This document shows positions 61,302 to 64,000 of a DNA stretch of 64,000 bases, piece by piece. Position 1 is the stretch's first letter; the number at the start of each line of letters is the position of its first letter. Location: contig CAYTMQ010000003.1 in NCBI GenBank assembly GCA_964438995.1, forward strand, positions 249,600 through 313,599. The letters are read 5' to 3'. Both the position numbers and the translations under genes were made by a program. A model generated the notes under the pieces. That model was not told where the DNA came from. It did no database searches and saw only the letters and a program-made list of their open reading frames with translations. Source of the DNA: an uncultured Chitinophaga sp. Lineage in GTDB: Bacteria; Bacteroidota; Bacteroidia; NS11-12g; UBA955.

Positions 61302-61429
61302 TGAATACTATAAATTTGAGGGCAAAGATACAGTGTAGTAAAAAGGTTTAAATGATTTTTTAAATAATATTTAAGAATTTTTTGGTAAAAAAGAAAACAA
61401 AAATTACTTTTGCAGTCCTTTTCAAAGAT

Positions 61430-61500
61430 TGCCCGATCGTCTAATGGCAGGACTAGTGTTTTTGGTGCACTGTATGTTGGTTCGAATCCAGCTCGGGCAA
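61430..61500 (+). tRNA. tRNA-Gln(TTG)
   Basis: Manual cloverleaf: TGCCCGA-TC-GTCT-AATGGCA-GGAC-T-AGTGT-TTTTGGT-GCACT-GTAT-GTTGG-TTCGAAT-CCAGC-TCGGGCA-A. The U1:A72 pair is typical of bacterial tRNA-Gln. Anticodon TTG. Confidence 0.7.
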
Positions 61501-61529
61501 CTCTCTTAAAAGTTTTAAATCTCATCGCA

Positions 61530-62495
61530 GTGTCAATTCTTAACAAAGTAAAGATTTTCAGCGGCTCAGCCTCAAATTCTTTGGCGATGAAAATTGCCGA
61601 GTACTATGGTACCAGTTTAGGTGATATGACCTTAAGCAAGTTTAGCGATGGCGAAATGCAGCCAAGCTATAACGAATCTGTAAGAGGTTGTGATTTATTT
61701 CTGGTTCAATCTACTACCCCTCCAGGCGACAATTTATTAGAATTATTACTAATGATTGATGCTGCAAAAAGAGCTTCGGCTAACTCTATCACTGTAGTAA
61801 TTCCTTATTACGGTTATGCGAGACAAGACAGAAAAGACAAACCAAGGGTTTCTATAGGCAGTAAAATGATTGCTGATGTACTTAGTGCCGCAGGTGCTAA
61901 CAGAGTCATCACAATGGATTTACATGCTCCTCAAATCCAAGGATTCTTCAATATGCCAGTTGATCACTTAGATTCATCTGTAATTTTTATTCCTTACATC
62001 AAATCTCTGAATTTAGAGAAATTGGTGATTGCTGCTCCAGATGTGGGAGCAAGTAATAGAAATAGAGAATACGCGAAAGTTCTAGGTGTGCCAATGGTTA
62101 TTTGTGATAAAGAAAGACGTAAAGCCAACGAAATTGCAAGCATGACCATCATTGGTGATGTTACAGATGCAGATGTTGTATTGGTTGATGACCTTTGTGA
62201 TACTGCTGGCACACTTTCTAAAGCTGCAAAATTGATTAAAGACAATGGCGCTCGTTCAGTTAGAGCCGTTTGTACCCACCCAGTTTTAAGTGGCAAAGCA
62301 TACGAAAATATTGAAAATAGTGTTTTAGAAGAATTAATCGTTTGCGATACAATTCCAATGAAACATACTAGCCCTAAAATTAAAGTGCTTTCTGTAGCGC
62401 CTTTAATTAGCAAAGCAATTCGAAATATCCACGAACATGGATCTATAAGTTCCTTGTTCAAGCTTGATAATAGTTTCCAACCCAATTTAATTTAA
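61530..62495 (+). CDS. prs: Ribose-phosphate pyrophosphokinase
   Basis: VKIFSGSASNSLAMKIAEYYGTSLG...FSDGE and the PRPP-binding loop VLVDDLCDTAGT. Probable GTG start at 61530. The ORF-caller's ATG at 61410 reads through the tRNA-Gln gene. Confidence 0.85.
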   Translation: MSILNKVKIFSGSASNSLAMKIAEYYGTSLGDMTLSKFSDGEMQPSYNESVRGCDLFLVQSTTPPGDNLLELLLMIDAAKRASANSITVVIPYYGYARQDRKDKPRVSIGSKMIADVLSAAGANRVITMDLHAPQIQGFFNMPVDHLDSSVIFIPYIKSLNLEKLVIAAPDVGASNRNREYAKVLGVPMVICDKERRKANEIASMTIIGDVTDADVVLVDDLCDTAGTLSKAAKLIKDNGARSVRAVCTHPVLSGKAYENIENSVLEELIVCDTIPMKHTSPKIKVLSVAPLISKAIRNIHEHGSISSLFKLDNSFQPNLI

Positions 62496-62507
62496 TTTCA
62501 AAGTAAA

Positions 62508-63086
62508 ATGAAAACAGTAGCATTAACTGGCGAGTTGAGAACCGAATTAGGTTCAAAAAGCTCTAGGACGTTGAGAAACGAAGGTAAAGTACCATGTGTT
62601 TTATATGGTGGAAGTGAGTTAGTACACTTCTTCATTTATTCACCTGACTTCAAAAACCTCGTTTACACGCCAAACACGTACAAAGTACAATTGACAATCG
62701 AAGGTAAGAAGTATCAGGCAATTCTGCAAGACATGCAGTTCCACCCTGTTAACGAAGCAATCATTCACGCTGACTTCTTGTTGGTTGACGACAACAAACA
62801 AGTAACAGTTTCTATCCCTGTAAAAGTTACTGGTAACTCTCCAGGTGTTAGATCAGGTGGTAAGTTGATTCAAAAAATCCAAAGATTGAAAGTAAGAGGT
62901 TTAATCACCAATATTCCTGACTTCGCTCAAGTGAATATCGATGCTTTAGATCTTGGTCAATCAATTAAAGTGAAACAGCTTGACATTCCAAACATCGAAA
63001 TTCTAGATTCTAAAGACAACGCTATCGTGTCTGTTAAAATGACTAGAAACGTTGTAAAAGAAGAAGCTGCTCCAGCTAAAAAATAA
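62508..63086 (+). CDS. rplY: 50S ribosomal protein L25 / general stress protein Ctc
   Basis: N-terminal LRTELGSKSSRTLRNEGKVPCVLYGG signature of the L25/Ctc family. 192 aa. Conserved prs-rplY synteny. Confidence 0.85.
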   Translation: MKTVALTGELRTELGSKSSRTLRNEGKVPCVLYGGSELVHFFIYSPDFKNLVYTPNTYKVQLTIEGKKYQAILQDMQFHPVNEAIIHADFLLVDDNKQVTVSIPVKVTGNSPGVRSGGKLIQKIQRLKVRGLITNIPDFAQVNIDALDLGQSIKVKQLDIPNIEILDSKDNAIVSVKMTRNVVKEEAAPAKK

Positions 63087-63104
63087 TCTGATTTTTAATT
63101 GTAT

Positions 63105-63137
63105 AAAAGCCAATCTCCTCGAGGTTGGCTTTTTTTA
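63105..63137. terminator. Bidirectional rho-independent terminator between rplY and hutI
   Basis: aaaagccaatctcctcgaggttggcttttttt: stem AGCCAA/TTGGCT around a CCTCGAGG palindrome, followed by a T-run. Confidence 0.7.
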
Positions 63138-63138
63138 T

Positions 63139-63999
63139 TTATAAAACCACTAAAGTGTGATTTTGAGTAAACCAATATGGCATTTCGTTGATGTGCTCAA
63201 ATGCTCTAGTGACAATAAATGCAGCAGTTTTACCTACAGTAATACTACCATGGGTTTGCTCTATTCCCAACGCCTTAGCAGCATTTATAGTCAACGCATT
63301 AAACCCCTCTTCTGGCAATAAGCCGTTATACAAACATGATAAACTCCATATAAACCATAAATTAGAACACGGACTGCTGCCAGGATTAAAATCTGAAGCA
63401 ATTGCTAAAGGTAAACCGGCATCTATGATTCTTCTTCCCGGTGTATATGGTATCTTCAAAAAGAACGAACTTCCTGGTAAAGCTACTGGCATCGTGTTGC
63501 TGTTCTTAAGACATTCGATCTCTTCCTCTCCTATATGCTCAAGGTGATCAACCGATAAAGACTGATTTGAAACTGCAACCTGAACGCCTCCAGTTAAACC
63601 CAATTCATTGCCGTGTATCTTTGGTCGTAACCCAAATTTAGCCGCAGCTTTTAATATTTGATCCGTCTCTTCAACACTATAAAATCCTTCATCACAAAAC
63701 ACATCTATAAAATCTGCCAACCCTTCTGCTGCAATAACTGGCAACATTTCATTAATAATTAAATCTATATATGTCTGGTGGTTTTGCTTATATTCTGTAG
63801 GATATGCATGTGCCCCTAAAAAAGTTGATTTAATGGTTATTGGCAAAGCAGATTTTAAACGTTTAATAACCCTCAACATTTTCAATTCTGCATCTACACT
63901 CAAACCATAACCACTTTTAATTTCTAGTGCCACAGTACCAGTTTTCATGGCATTTTGAGCATATTGATGTGTTCTATCAAACAACTCATCTTCACTCAT
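63139..63999 (-). CDS. hutI: Imidazolonepropionase (amidohydrolase family), N-terminus outside the window
   Basis: KSGYGL motif and C-terminal pattern typical of HutI. The ORF is open at the window's 3' edge. Confidence 0.6.
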   Translation of the reverse strand: MSEDELFDRTHQYAQNAMKTGTVALEIKSGYGLSVDAELKMLRVIKRLKSALPITIKSTFLGAHAYPTEYKQNHQTYIDLIINEMLPVIAAEGLADFIDVFCDEGFYSVEETDQILKAAAKFGLRPKIHGNELGLTGGVQVAVSNQSLSVDHLEHIGEEEIECLKNSNTMPVALPGSSFFLKIPYTPGRRIIDAGLPLAIASDFNPGSSPCSNLWFIWSLSCLYNGLLPEEGFNALTINAAKALGIEQTHGSITVGKTAAFIVTRAFEHINEMPYWFTQNHTLVVL

Positions 64000-64000
64000 A

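Noticed and set aside
1-64000. CRISPR arrays, rRNA genes, and integrase, transposase or prophage genes
   Set aside because: No regularly spaced direct repeats, no rRNA-like conserved blocks and no recombinase motifs were seen anywhere in the window. The only mobile-element-like signal is the tRNA-Arg/GIY-YIG/hairpin locus.

Overview
This is a low-GC (~33-35%) chromosomal segment, most likely from a Bacteroidota genome (Flavobacteriia, Cytophagia or Sphingobacteriia). It mixes conserved housekeeping genes with accessory material.

Housekeeping genes identified:
- crcB, an M13 peptidase, radA, a DAACS symporter and metK
- a murF-alr fusion
- metG, tRNA-Gln, prs, rplY and a partial hutI

Accessory content:
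- At least five proteins carry type IX secretion (T9SS) C-terminal sorting domains, both type A and type B. One of them is a 1702-aa protein with a gingipain-like C25 peptidase domain that overlaps the start of a lytic-transglycosylase gene by one base.
- A lipoprotein alpha-2-macroglobulin with an intact GCVEQ thioester sits near pbpC. The pair is split by a beta-propeller LytS-type histidine kinase and a LytTR response regulator.
- A molybdoenzyme operon reads: membrane protein, THEP1-like P-loop NTPase, mobA, fdhD, small ORF, ydeP-family oxidoreductase.
- An ArsR-headed stress operon contains SRPBCC, DoxX and two YdeI-like proteins.
- An MBOAT O-acyltransferase has a downstream partner gene.

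The most unusual feature is a small tRNA-Arg(CCT) locus at 57.0-57.6 kb:
- One intact 72-nt tRNA-Arg(CCT).
- A second 101-nt copy whose D-loop carries a 29-nt perfect hairpin insertion.
- A third, 5'-truncated copy carrying the same hairpin.
- A 80-aa GIY-YIG nuclease gene nested between the two full copies.
- A degenerate fourth hairpin copy nearby.

I found no CRISPR array, no rRNA and no obvious prophage.
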